This document shows positions 39,624 through 50,141 of a stretch of 64,000 nucleotides of DNA, in pieces. A program made the translations under genes and the position numbers. The stretch is from Thermodesulfobacteriota bacterium. Its GTDB lineage: Bacteria; Desulfobacterota_D; UBA1144; Nemesobacterales; JAJCZQ01. The stretch's first letter is position 1; every line of letters begins with the position of its first letter. The notes beneath the pieces were generated by a model. The model did not search any database, was not told the DNA's origin, and worked only from the letters and a program-made list of their open reading frames with translations. The stretch spans positions 179,679-243,678 of the forward strand of contig OZ244044.1 of NCBI GenBank assembly GCA_965215275.1, in the 5' to 3' direction.

Positions 39624-41285
39624 TTAAGATGTTTCGGACAGCATCTCTTTTGCCACCTCGAGCGTTTTTGCAGTAACGTTCTTTCCTGCAAGCATCCTGC
39701 TCATCTCCTCAACTCTTTCTTTGTTACTTAACTTATCTATCTGCACGCTTGTACTGGAACCTTCAATGAACTTGGACACTCTTATATGGGACTGGGCGAA
39801 CTTTGCCACCTGAGGCAGATGAGTTATACAGATGACCTGATTATTTTCAGAGAGTCCCCTGATCTTTTTTCCTATTATTTCCGCGGTAATACCCCCAATG
39901 CCCGAATCTGCCTCATCGAATATCAATATTGCTCCCGTCTCTTTATTTGAGAGCATGTTCTTTAAAAGTAACATTATCCTTGATAATTCTCCTCCCGACG
40001 CCACTTTGCTCAAAGGCTTTGGCTTCTCACCCGGATTTGCCGTGAATAAGAACGAAACGTTATCTATACCATCGATAGAAACGGGCTTGCTCTCTATTTT
40101 TATATCGAGCATAGAGCCTTTAAGTCCCACGTCCTTAGCTTCCTTAGTGAAGGACCTCATCAGCTTTCTGGATGATTCCTTTCTTTTAAGGGAAAGTCTT
40201 TCGGCAGAGGAGCTTAGTTCATCAAGCGACCGCTTGCCGTCCTGCTTCAGTTTATCGACCGTATCGTCCAGCTTTGTCAGTTCAGAAAGTTCCTGCGATA
40301 TTGTTTCATGCTTTGTCAGTATTTCTGTAACCGTACTACCGTACTTTCTTTTTAGACCGTTTATCTCTGATATCCTGTAATTGATCTCCTCCAGTCTTTC
40401 AGGGTCTGACTGTACCTTGGACAGATAATCCATTAAACTGAAAGAAATATCTTCGATCTCGACCGTGACCGATGCCACTGCCTCACCAAGACCCGTCAAG
40501 TCAGGGTCTATTTCCTGTATTTTTTCGACCTCTTTTGAAAGGTTTTTAATAGTGTTGTACGAGGAAGACCCGGATTCATAGATATCAGCGTATACCCTGT
40601 TCAGCGTATCGACGATCTTCTCGGCATTTGACAGTATCTTTTCCTCCTGTCTGAGGTTTTCTTCCTCATCTGCCCGCAGACCTGCATCATCTAACTCTTT
40701 GAGCTGATATTTCAGAAATTCTTCTCTTTCGGTCCGGTCTTTAGCAGCTATAAGGGCCTGTTCGAGCTTTTTGCTGATACACAGGTACCTGGAATATGAA
40801 TTTTTATGCTCTTCAAGCAGGGAAAGGTTATTCGAGTAAGAATCCAGGAACCTTATATGGCCGCCGGGCTTGATCAGCGACTGATGTTCATGCTGTCCGA
40901 ATATATCGATCAAACCGGTCGTTATATCAGAAAGCGTACTCAGCGTAGCGATGCTTCCATTGATAAATATCTTACCCTTTCCCGTAAGCGGTATTATCCT
41001 TTTGATAACCAGCTGTTCATCACTTGTGCTATATCCCCTGTCTTCCAGCTTATCCGACAGTTCTTTATTATTGGTAATATCGAACAGTGCTTCCACTGTG
41101 GTCTGATTGGTTCCCGTCTTTACGATATCGGAAGATACCTTATCACCTAAAAGTATGTTGATAGCGTCTATGATTATGGATTTTCCAGTTCCGGTCTCAC
41201 CTGTGATTATATTAAGACCATCTGAGAACTCCACGGTCAGACTGTCTATTATTGCGTAATTCTTTAGAGAGATTTGAACGATCAT
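39624..41285 (-). CDS. recN: DNA repair protein RecN
   Basis: N-terminal Walker A (GETGTGKS), a long coiled coil and the C-terminal SGGE signature. Confidence 0.9.
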   Translation of the reverse strand: MIVQISLKNYAIIDSLTVEFSDGLNIITGETGTGKSIIIDAINILLGDKVSSDIVKTGTNQTTVEALFDITNNKELSDKLEDRGYSTSDEQLVIKRIIPLTGKGKIFINGSIATLSTLSDITTGLIDIFGQHEHQSLIKPGGHIRFLDSYSNNLSLLEEHKNSYSRYLCISKKLEQALIAAKDRTEREEFLKYQLKELDDAGLRADEEENLRQEEKILSNAEKIVDTLNRVYADIYESGSSSYNTIKNLSKEVEKIQEIDPDLTGLGEAVASVTVEIEDISFSLMDYLSKVQSDPERLEEINYRISEINGLKRKYGSTVTEILTKHETISQELSELTKLDDTVDKLKQDGKRSLDELSSSAERLSLKRKESSRKLMRSFTKEAKDVGLKGSMLDIKIESKPVSIDGIDNVSFLFTANPGEKPKPLSKVASGGELSRIMLLLKNMLSNKETGAILIFDEADSGIGGITAEIIGKKIRGLSENNQVICITHLPQVAKFAQSHIRVSKFIEGSSTSVQIDKLSNKERVEEMSRMLAGKNVTAKTLEVAKEMLSETS

Positions 41286-41362
41286 GGCAGCTGTTTAAAA
41301 CGTTTATCAGGATATAATACATTTTCTTTCTGCACAACAAAGGTTACTGGGGTCTTTCCACC

Positions 41363-42664
41363 CTATTCTTTTATCTGTCCTTTGCCCCAGACAACGAATT
41401 TCTTGGAAGTCAGTTCTTCAAGTCCCATGGGTCCAAAGGCGTGGAGCTTGGAGGTACTGATACCTATTTCAGCACCCAGTCCCAACTCAAATCCATCGTT
41501 AAATCTGGTAGAAGCATTTACGATCACGGCGGAAGAGTTAACACGGCTTAAAAAATATTGAGCATTATTATGACTTTCGGTAATGATAGCATCGGTATGC
41601 ATAGAACCGTACTTATGTATATGCGTGATCGCACCTTCTATATCCTCGACTACTTTTATGTTAAGTATAAGATCAAGGTACTCTTGATGATAATCCTGTT
41701 CGTCAGCCAGTTTAATACCTTTTATTATATCGTTCGTCCGTGCACATCCCCTGATCTCCACCCCGTTTTTTATTAACTCTTCTGAAACCAGCGGCAGGAA
41801 CTCCTCTGAAACGTCCTTGTGTACAAGGAGCGTCTCCATTGAGTTACAGACGCCAGGTCTTTGGACTTTGGAATTTACTGCGACTTTTACCGCACGTTCA
41901 AGGTCGGCACTCTCGTCCACAAAGACGTGACATACGCCTTTGTAGTGCTTTAAGACCGGGATCCTTGAGTTCTCAGATACAAATCTGATAAGTGCTTCAC
42001 CACCTCTGGGTATTATCAGATCGATCTGGTCTTCAAGTTTTAACATATTAAGGACCACGTCCCTGCTGGTTACAGGAACGACCTGTACGCAGTTTTCGGG
42101 TATTCCCACTTCGTTCAGGGCTTCTTTTATTACCTTTGCAATGGCGAGATTGGAATTGATCGCCTCTGATCCGCCGCGAAGTATAACGGAATTGCCAGCT
42201 TTTAAGCACAGGGAGGCGGCATCAAGCGTAACGTTAGGCCTGGATTCGTAGATTATTCCGATCACGCCAAGCGGTATCCTCATCTGTCCGACCACCAGTC
42301 CGTTGGGACGTTCCCATTTTTTTACGACCTCGCCAACGGGGTCTTTGAGAGAAGCGATCTGCTTGAGGCTTTCGACCATGGAACTTATCCTTTGTTCGTT
42401 CAACACAAGTCTGTCCACGAGTGCACTGGATAAGCCTTTTTTTTCCGCACGTTCCACGTCCAGTTTGTTCTGAGACCGTATAAGGTCTTTACTGCCTGTA
42501 ATTTTATCAGCGATCGTTAAAAGAGCCTGGTCTTTCAGTTTGGTATCTACCGTTGAAAGGACCAGAGAGGACCGCTTGGCATCAAGTGCAATATCTTTGA
42601 TCAGCTTAGCGGTATCTGAACCGACACTGCCTTCTTGTTCTCTTTTTTGCATAGAGCTGGACAT
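41363..42664 (-). CDS. proA: Gamma-glutamyl phosphate reductase
   Basis: Aldehyde-dehydrogenase-family ProA pattern; 433 aa. Confidence 0.85.
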   Translation of the reverse strand: MSSSMQKREQEGSVGSDTAKLIKDIALDAKRSSLVLSTVDTKLKDQALLTIADKITGSKDLIRSQNKLDVERAEKKGLSSALVDRLVLNEQRISSMVESLKQIASLKDPVGEVVKKWERPNGLVVGQMRIPLGVIGIIYESRPNVTLDAASLCLKAGNSVILRGGSEAINSNLAIAKVIKEALNEVGIPENCVQVVPVTSRDVVLNMLKLEDQIDLIIPRGGEALIRFVSENSRIPVLKHYKGVCHVFVDESADLERAVKVAVNSKVQRPGVCNSMETLLVHKDVSEEFLPLVSEELIKNGVEIRGCARTNDIIKGIKLADEQDYHQEYLDLILNIKVVEDIEGAITHIHKYGSMHTDAIITESHNNAQYFLSRVNSSAVIVNASTRFNDGFELGLGAEIGISTSKLHAFGPMGLEELTSKKFVVWGKGQIKE

Positions 42665-42678
42665 GGACGGTCACTTCG

Positions 42679-43275
42679 TTAACGGATAATACCTTTTTCT
42701 TTAAGATATTTAACTATAAGCTCTGTACCCTCGTCGATCCCTGATTGGTCCGTCTTTATGGTTATCTCTGGAGCAAGTGGTTCTTCGTACGGGTCATCGA
42801 TACCGGTAAAACCCTTTATGATCCCCTCACGAGCTTTTTTGTATAAGCCTTTAACGTCCCTTTTTTCACATTCTTCAACGGGACAGTCCACGAATACTTC
42901 TATAAATTCTCCGCTTTCGACTATTTCCCTTATCTTGTCCCTGTCCGCTCTGTATGGCGAAACGAATGCAGAAAGAACAATGATCCCCGCGTCCACGAAA
43001 AGCTTTGAAACTTCACCGATCCGCCTTATGTTTTCCTCTCTGTCGTCAGCTGAAAAGCCAAGGTCTTTACAAAGTCCCATCCTTACGTTGTCTCCATCCA
43101 GAATATAGGTCCGTGCCTGTTGCTCGATCAGTATTTTTTCGACTTCATTGGCTATAGTGGATTTTCCTGAGCAGGGAAGCCCGGTAAACCAGATAATTGC
43201 CGAACCATGCTTGTTCAATCTTCTTCTGTCGTCTTTGCCGATCTCATGATCATGCGGGATTACAAATCTTTCCAT
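42679..43275 (-). CDS. cysC: Adenylyl-sulfate kinase
   Basis: P-loop GLPCSGKST; 198 aa. Confidence 0.85.
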   Translation of the reverse strand: MERFVIPHDHEIGKDDRRRLNKHGSAIIWFTGLPCSGKSTIANEVEKILIEQQARTYILDGDNVRMGLCKDLGFSADDREENIRRIGEVSKLFVDAGIIVLSAFVSPYRADRDKIREIVESGEFIEVFVDCPVEECEKRDVKGLYKKAREGIIKGFTGIDDPYEEPLAPEITIKTDQSGIDEGTELIVKYLKEKGIIR

Positions 43276-43443
43276 TATTAACCTCCATACTGCTGTAAAA
43301 ATTAAAAATTTATCATATCATAACTACGGAGTTATTAAATCTATGATTTTATATTAAGGTAACAGCTGTTTTTCCATCAGTAATATTGACTTATTTTTTT
43401 TAAGTTGAAAAATTACACCCTAAATCAAGACGGAGGAAAGTAA

Positions 43444-43857
43444 TTGGAAAGAACTTTATCTATTATAAAGCCGGACGGTACGGCTAAAAACGTCATAGGG
43501 GAAGTCATTACACGCTACGAAAAAAAAGGTCTCACGGTCGCTGCACTTAAAATGATAAAAATGTCCAAAGGCCAGGCGGAAGGTTTTTACCACGTACATA
43601 GAGAAAGACCGTTCTTTGAAAGCCTGACCAGGTTCATGTCATCCGGGACTGCAGTTGTCATGGTTATAGAAGGGGAAGATGCAATATCAAAAGTGAGAGA
43701 GATTATGGGTGCGACCAACCCTGAAGACGCAGCAGAAGGAACTATCAGAAAAGATTTTGCCTCCGACATTGAGCAAAACACGGTACATGGTTCGGATTCA
43801 CCTGAGTCGGCCGAATATGAAATAAGCTACTTTTTTAACTCTCTTGAAATGTTTTAA
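43444..43857 (+). CDS. ndk: Nucleoside diphosphate kinase (TTG start)
   Basis: The N-terminal [11 protein letters not shown] region and the HGSD active-site His. A GGAGG Shine-Dalgarno sits 8 nt upstream. Confidence 0.9.
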   Translation: MERTLSIIKPDGTAKNVIGEVITRYEKKGLTVAALKMIKMSKGQAEGFYHVHRERPFFESLTRFMSSGTAVVMVIEGEDAISKVREIMGATNPEDAAEGTIRKDFASDIEQNTVHGSDSPESAEYEISYFFNSLEMF

Positions 43858-44034
43858 GTACCGAAGTTTGTCAAACCAGCTTAGACGGTAATATGACTCT
43901 GCGTTCAGTGAAACACTTTAGATAACATTTAACTGTCATTGAAGATATCAGGGCAGGAGTTAAAAGTGCGGTTGAGTGATCAAGGGAGACCAGAGTTAAT
44001 TCAGGGATTGTAAGCAGCTGTTTTGTAAAATATA

Positions 44035-45318
44035 TTAACTTCCAACCACCTGCTCACCTGTTATACCCATGACCTTGATATTGATCTCCTTACCCGTATC
44101 ATATTTACCGTAAGGAAGTTTAACGTTAATATAGTTGTCGGTTGTTCCCCTTGATCTGCTTTCCACTAAGGTTTTTAACTCTTTTCCAATAAAACTTCTG
44201 TAAAATCCGATCTTCTTCCTTAAGCCCAGGTCCCTCAGGACCTTGCTCCTTGCTTTTTTTATCTCCGGCTCTATCTGCCCTTGCATTGAAGCGGCAGCGG
44301 TCTTTTTTCTGATCGAATATGGGAACACGTGAAAATAGGTCAGTTCTGACCCGCTGACCAAATTATAAGTGCTTTGGAAGCATTGTTCGCTTTCTCCAGG
44401 AAAGCCGACCATCACGTCAGTACCGATGGAGGCATCGGGGATCTTATCCCGTATGTAGTCCGTGCAGTTGATAAAATCCTGTGGCTTGTAGCGCCTTTTC
44501 ATTTTTTTTAAAATACTTTCATCTCCACTCTGAAGTGATATATGAAAACTTGGACAGATTATCCTGGATTCCGCACAGAGGTCTATCACATCTTCGTTCA
44601 TATCCGCAGGATCAAGTGAACTCAGTCTTATTCTCTCAATGATGGCTTCCCTGCTCAATTCGTCCAGGAGCCTTAAAAGACTGGTTCCGATGTCCCTGCC
44701 GTAACTGGCAAGGTGAATACCCGTCAGCACGACCTCTTTATATCCGTTGGATCTCAGGTTTCTGATCCTGTCCTTTATATCTTCTATGCTCAGGCTCCGG
44801 GACCTGCCCCTTGCTCTTGGAATGATACAGAAGGTGCAGGCATAGTTACATCCGTCCTGAACTTTTAAGAACGCTCTGGTCCTGTTGGGGAAATAATCTA
44901 TATCCGGCGTGTCGAACTTTCTATTCTTCTCCTTGAATATGTCCGATACATATATTTTTGGGGTGCTTTGCGGAACCGCGTCTTTTATGATCTTTAAAAG
45001 AGACGATGCCTTGTGGGAGTTCCCAATTATATAATCAACACCATCCACTTTATTGAGTTCTTCATGGGAAACCTGTGCATAACATCCGGTAACGACCACA
45101 ACGGCGTCAGGGTTGGACCTTTTTGCTCTGTATATATAGTTTCTTGCCTCTGAATCGGCTTTATGGGTTACCGTACAGGTATCTATTAAATAAATATCAG
45201 CAGGGTCGTTAAAATCACCATTTCTCTGATACTTGCTTTTTGGAAGTTCATTTAAAAGAACGGCAGTATCGTACTGGTTTACCTTACATCCGAGAGTAAC
45301 AACGGAAATTCTCTTCAT
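44035..45318 (-). CDS. MiaB-like radical SAM tRNA methylthiotransferase, MtaB/RimO type
   Basis: UPF0004 N-domain, radical SAM CxxxCxxC (CNYACTFC) and a TRAM-like C-terminus. Confidence 0.75.
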   Translation of the reverse strand: MKRISVVTLGCKVNQYDTAVLLNELPKSKYQRNGDFNDPADIYLIDTCTVTHKADSEARNYIYRAKRSNPDAVVVVTGCYAQVSHEELNKVDGVDYIIGNSHKASSLLKIIKDAVPQSTPKIYVSDIFKEKNRKFDTPDIDYFPNRTRAFLKVQDGCNYACTFCIIPRARGRSRSLSIEDIKDRIRNLRSNGYKEVVLTGIHLASYGRDIGTSLLRLLDELSREAIIERIRLSSLDPADMNEDVIDLCAESRIICPSFHISLQSGDESILKKMKRRYKPQDFINCTDYIRDKIPDASIGTDVMVGFPGESEQCFQSTYNLVSGSELTYFHVFPYSIRKKTAAASMQGQIEPEIKKARSKVLRDLGLRKKIGFYRSFIGKELKTLVESRSRGTTDNYINVKLPYGKYDTGKEINIKVMGITGEQVVGS

Positions 45319-45321
45319 ATC

Positions 45322-46392
45322 TTACAATGCCTCTTTGATCCAGCCACCGCCCAGTACTTTATTTTCCTGATAAAAGACCACCGCCTGACCTGGCGTTACC
45401 GCTTTCTGAGGGTTTTGAAACTTCACTGATGCTTTTCCTTTACGTACAGAGATCACTGCAGGTTCTTCATCATGTCTGTACCTTATCTTGGCTTTTACTT
45501 CGGTCTCTCCTTTTGGGGGTTTTGCAACCCACGACAGATCATCGGCGGTCAGAGAACTGCTGTACAGGTCGGATTCTTCACCTACGATAACCCTGTTGTT
45601 CTCCGCGTCGATCTTAACGATATACATAGGCTTTCCATTTGCAAAGCCTAACCCTCTTCTTTGACCGACCGTATAAGAATAGATCCCGTTATGCTCCCCT
45701 ACCGTTTTGCCTGCCGTATCGACCATTTCGCCCTTCTCTTTTCCTCTTTTAAGATAAGGTTCCAGGAACTCTCTGTAACTTCCGCCGGTTATAAAACACA
45801 CGCCCATACTTTCCGGCTTTTCAGCAACTTTCAGTCCCATTTTTCTTGCCAGCTTCCTGACCTCCGGCTTTGTTTTGTTTCCAAGGGGAAATCTGATCCT
45901 GCCAAGCTCTTTTTGTGTCAGAGTAAATAAAAAATACGACTGGTCCTTAAGTTTATCGGCACCTTTTTTCAGCTCGTATTCGCCACTTCTTTCATTCTGT
46001 TCAACAACTGCATAGTGACCCGTTGCCAGGAAATCCGCACCGAATTCCAGAGATCTTCTCAGTAAAAAATCAAACTTCATGAACTGATTGCATAAAATGC
46101 AGGGTATAGGAGTAAGCCCTTCTTCGTATTTATTTATAAAATCGCTTACAACGTGTTCTTTAAACGGTTCCATGTAGTTTGCAACGTAATGGGGAACGCC
46201 TGCTTCATATGCAACCCTTCTTGCATCACAGACCTCGTCAGCTGAGCAGCATCCACCTTCTGCCTCGCCGTAGTCCCAGAGCTGCATGGTCAATCCCACA
46301 ACGTCATGACCCTGGTCTTTGAGCAAAGCCGCAACGGTCCCGCTGTCAACTCCCCCGCTCATTGCCACTACTATTCTCTCTTTTTTACCCAT
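45322..46392 (-). CDS. mnmA: tRNA-specific 2-thiouridylase
   Basis: PP-loop SGGVDS with conserved Cys residues. Confidence 0.9.
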   Translation of the reverse strand: MGKKERIVVAMSGGVDSGTVAALLKDQGHDVVGLTMQLWDYGEAEGGCCSADEVCDARRVAYEAGVPHYVANYMEPFKEHVVSDFINKYEEGLTPIPCILCNQFMKFDFLLRRSLEFGADFLATGHYAVVEQNERSGEYELKKGADKLKDQSYFLFTLTQKELGRIRFPLGNKTKPEVRKLARKMGLKVAEKPESMGVCFITGGSYREFLEPYLKRGKEKGEMVDTAGKTVGEHNGIYSYTVGQRRGLGFANGKPMYIVKIDAENNRVIVGEESDLYSSSLTADDLSWVAKPPKGETEVKAKIRYRHDEEPAVISVRKGKASVKFQNPQKAVTPGQAVVFYQENKVLGGGWIKEAL

Positions 46393-46507
46393 TTTTCTAC
46401 CTGATAATACTGCCTATAAACTTAATTGATCTTTCTGATAAATAAAGAGTTTTAAACAGTTATAAATGGACTGCAAAGATAACTCTTCACAGTTATAATA
46501 TCACCCT

Positions 46508-48727
46508 ATGGAAAAAAACTCCCATTTGAAATTCGCACTGGACCACGGATTGTCCGAGCAGGAGTATGGGATCATAGTGAGCACACTGGGTCGCCGACCC
46601 AACCATACTGAGATCGGGATACTGGGTGCGATGTGGTCGGAGCACTGCTCGTATAAAAGCTCTAAAGTCCATCTGAGAAAACTTCCCACAACGGGAGATC
46701 AGGTAATACAGGGACCGGGAGAAAATGCCGGGGTCGTTGATCTTGGAGACGGACTGTGTGCAGTATTTAAAATGGAAAGCCATAACCATCCGTCCTATCT
46801 TGAACCATATCAGGGAGCTGCAACTGGAGTAGGAGGGATAATCCGTGATATCTTTACAATGGGTGCAAGACCCGTGGCATTACTGGATTCATTGAGATTT
46901 GGCGACCTTGACCTGTATAAGACGAAATACCTTGTCAATGGAGTGGTTTCCGGAATATCGGACTACGGGAACTGTATAGGTATACCAACAGTGGGAGGAG
47001 AGATATATTTTGACAGCTGCTACAACGGCAATCCACTGGTCAATGTGTTCTGTCTGGGAATAGCAGAAAAGAACAGGATATTCAAGGGCTGTGCATCTGG
47101 TACTGGTAACCCGGTCATTTACATAGGATCAAAGACCGGAAGGGACGGGATACAAGGTGCGATCATGGCGTCTGATAACTTCTCCGACGGATCAGAACAA
47201 AAACGCCCAGCCGTTCAGGTTGGAGACCCTTTTACTGAAAAGCTCCTGCTTGAAGCGTGCCTGGAACTGTTTAAGACCGACTGTGTCGTTGGCATTCAGG
47301 ATATGGGTGCCGCAGGGTTGACCTCATCATCGGCCGAAATGGCAAGCAGAGGTAAAACGGGGATCGACATATGGATGGATAAAGTACCAAGACGCGAGGA
47401 GAACATGACGCCTTACGAGTTGATGCTTTCTGAATCTCAGGAAAGGATGCTCGTGGTACTGAAGAAAAACAAGGAGCATATTGCAAAGTCCATATTTAAA
47501 AAATGGGAGCTGGATTTCTCCGTTATAGGCGTGGTCACGAATACAGAACGTTTAAGGTTATACGATGAAGATAAGCTCGTTGCCGACCTGCCTGTGGACT
47601 TAATTACGGACTCTGCCCCTGAATACAACAGGGACATTAAAGCACCTGAGGGTAATAATGAGACCGCAGACCTGAAAAATATTGAAATTCCGGATATAAA
47701 GACGGCGTTTTTAAAGGTTCTGGGTCTTCCTACCGTTGCGAACAAAAGGTATGTATATGAACAGTATGACTATATGGTCGGAACTGACACCCTGTATGAA
47801 CCTGTAAACGATTCAGCCGTGATAAGGATCAAAGGTTCGGACAAAGCCGTCGCAATGACCCTGAACTGTAATTCCATATACTGCTATCTTTCTCCTGCTG
47901 AGGGTGCAAAGATCGCCGTTGCGGAATCGGCAAGGAACATTGCCTGCTCGGGAGCCAGACCCCTTGCGGTCACGGACTGCCTGAACTTCGGAAATCCTGA
48001 AAAACCTGAGATCATGTGGCAGTTCAGTGAGGCAGTAGAAGGGATCAGGGAGGCCTGTACAGAGCTGAACACCCCGGTCGTAAGCGGCAACGTGAGCTTC
48101 TACAATCAGACGGAGGATGAACCCGTGTATCCGACCCCTACCATAGGCATGATAGGGGTTATAGATGATTACAGGAAAACGGTTACTCAGTGGTTCAGGA
48201 ACGAAGGGGACGTGATCGTTCTGATGGGAGATACCTACCACGAGATGGAAGGTTCACAATATCAGAAGATCGTATATGGTAAAGTGTTTGGAAAACCACC
48301 AAAGATAGATCTGGTACGGGAAAAAAACCTGATCTCGGCCGTGACCGGGTCCATAGATGCAGGTATAATCAGTTCTGCACACGACGTGTCTGAAGGTGGA
48401 CTGGCAGTTTCACTGGCAGAGTGCTGTTTTTCCCCGGAGGGACAGACCGGCTGCAAGGTCGACCTGCAGGACACGAACGGTCTAAGGTTGACGGATGAGT
48501 GTCTGCTTTTTTCCGAATCTCAGTCCAGGTGTATAGTATCGCTGAATAAAGTGAATATCGAAAAATTAATGGACATTGCCTCAAGGAACGATATTCCTGC
48601 CAGGCTGATAGGTATCGTTGGTGGTGACAATATAATTATTGAGGGTATTTTAACTCTGAACGTTCAACAGGTTCATAAAATATGGGATAATTCATTAGAG
48701 GCTAATATAAACGATGTCAATACTTAA
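46508..48727 (+). CDS. purL: Phosphoribosylformylglycinamidine synthase subunit II
   Basis: Duplicated AIR-synthase-like domains; 739 aa. Confidence 0.9.
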   Translation: MEKNSHLKFALDHGLSEQEYGIIVSTLGRRPNHTEIGILGAMWSEHCSYKSSKVHLRKLPTTGDQVIQGPGENAGVVDLGDGLCAVFKMESHNHPSYLEPYQGAATGVGGIIRDIFTMGARPVALLDSLRFGDLDLYKTKYLVNGVVSGISDYGNCIGIPTVGGEIYFDSCYNGNPLVNVFCLGIAEKNRIFKGCASGTGNPVIYIGSKTGRDGIQGAIMASDNFSDGSEQKRPAVQVGDPFTEKLLLEACLELFKTDCVVGIQDMGAAGLTSSSAEMASRGKTGIDIWMDKVPRREENMTPYELMLSESQERMLVVLKKNKEHIAKSIFKKWELDFSVIGVVTNTERLRLYDEDKLVADLPVDLITDSAPEYNRDIKAPEGNNETADLKNIEIPDIKTAFLKVLGLPTVANKRYVYEQYDYMVGTDTLYEPVNDSAVIRIKGSDKAVAMTLNCNSIYCYLSPAEGAKIAVAESARNIACSGARPLAVTDCLNFGNPEKPEIMWQFSEAVEGIREACTELNTPVVSGNVSFYNQTEDEPVYPTPTIGMIGVIDDYRKTVTQWFRNEGDVIVLMGDTYHEMEGSQYQKIVYGKVFGKPPKIDLVREKNLISAVTGSIDAGIISSAHDVSEGGLAVSLAECCFSPEGQTGCKVDLQDTNGLRLTDECLLFSESQSRCIVSLNKVNIEKLMDIASRNDIPARLIGIVGGDNIIIEGILTLNVQQVHKIWDNSLEANINDVNT

Positions 48728-50141
48728 AGAAGAATGCGGGATATTTGGCATTTTCGGCAACCCTGAAGCGGCAAATCTTACCTATCTGGGACTGTATTCA
48801 TTACAGCACAGAGGCCAGGAAAGTGCGGGGATCGTAACTGCCGATGGATATAAACTGCACGTTCACAGAGCTATGGGACTTGTAACGGACGTATTTTCTG
48901 AAGGTGTTATAAACAAAAAGCTCAGCGGGAAAAGTGCAATTGGTCACGTCAGGTACTCTACTTCCGGATCAAGTGACAATAAAAATACCCAGCCGATAAC
49001 CGTGGTCTATGAAAAAGGAGAACTTGCGATATCTCACAACGGCAATCTCACTAACGCAAGAATGCTCAGGCAGGACCTTGAAAAGCAAGGGTCGATCTTT
49101 CAGTCCACTACGGATACGGAGGTTATAACGCATCTTATTGCCAAGTCCGAAGAGGAAGAGGTGGTCAATCGTATAATCTGTGCCTTAAATCAATGCAAAG
49201 GTGCGTATTCACTGCTGTTCCTTACCCATGATAAACTGCTTGCCGCAAGGGACCCGAGGGGGTTCAGACCCCTTGTACTCGGGAAGCTGAACAAAAACTA
49301 CGTTATTTCATCAGAAACGTGTGCATTTGAGCTGATCGGGGCTGAGTACGTAAGGGAGGTGGAACCCGGTGAAATAATAGAGATCGATGAAAGCGGACTT
49401 ACTTCCCACAAACCCTTTCCTAAAGTGGAACCTGCTCCATGTGTTTTTGAACTGATATACTTTGCACGACCCGACAGCTTTTTTAACGATAAGAACGTAT
49501 ACATGGTAAGAAAGGAACTTGGCAGGCAGCTGGCAATTGAGCATCCTGCCGATGCAGATATAGTCATTGCCGTCCCGGATTCAGGTATGCCTGCTGCGAT
49601 CGGATTTGCCGAAAAACTCAATATTCCGATAGATATGGGATTTCTGAGAAGTCACTATGTCGGACGAACCTTTATTGAACCTCAGCAGTCAATAAGGGAT
49701 TTTGGGGTAAAACTGAAACTTAATGCAATAAAGGAAGTGATAAAGGACAAAAGGGTCGTAGTGGTCGATGATTCGATCGTACGAGGGACCACCAGCAGAA
49801 AGATCGTAAAGATGATAAAGGACGCAGGTGCCACGGAGGTACATATGAGAATAAGTTCCCCTCCTATGAAGCATCCGTGTTATTATGGTATTGATACGCC
49901 TTTAAAGGACGACCTGATCGCAAATTCACTTACCATTGAAGAGACAAATCATTATATAACCTCTGATTCGCTTGGCTATCTGAGTATCGATGGAGTACAG
50001 AAAGCGGTTGACAACTATAACAGAAGCCAGAAAAAGGGATCTTACTGTAAAGCCTGCTTTACGGGTGAATACTTAGCGGAACTGACCGATATTAAAATGA
50101 ACCTGGACCAGCTCGACCTGTTTTCCAAGCGGGTCGGTTAA
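48714..50141 (+). CDS. purF: Amidophosphoribosyltransferase
   Basis: N-terminal CGIFGI Ntn-amidotransferase, a PRTase motif and a C-terminal Cys cluster. Confidence 0.9.
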   Translation: MSILKEECGIFGIFGNPEAANLTYLGLYSLQHRGQESAGIVTADGYKLHVHRAMGLVTDVFSEGVINKKLSGKSAIGHVRYSTSGSSDNKNTQPITVVYEKGELAISHNGNLTNARMLRQDLEKQGSIFQSTTDTEVITHLIAKSEEEEVVNRIICALNQCKGAYSLLFLTHDKLLAARDPRGFRPLVLGKLNKNYVISSETCAFELIGAEYVREVEPGEIIEIDESGLTSHKPFPKVEPAPCVFELIYFARPDSFFNDKNVYMVRKELGRQLAIEHPADADIVIAVPDSGMPAAIGFAEKLNIPIDMGFLRSHYVGRTFIEPQQSIRDFGVKLKLNAIKEVIKDKRVVVVDDSIVRGTTSRKIVKMIKDAGATEVHMRISSPPMKHPCYYGIDTPLKDDLIANSLTIEETNHYITSDSLGYLSIDGVQKAVDNYNRSQKKGSYCKACFTGEYLAELTDIKMNLDQLDLFSKRVG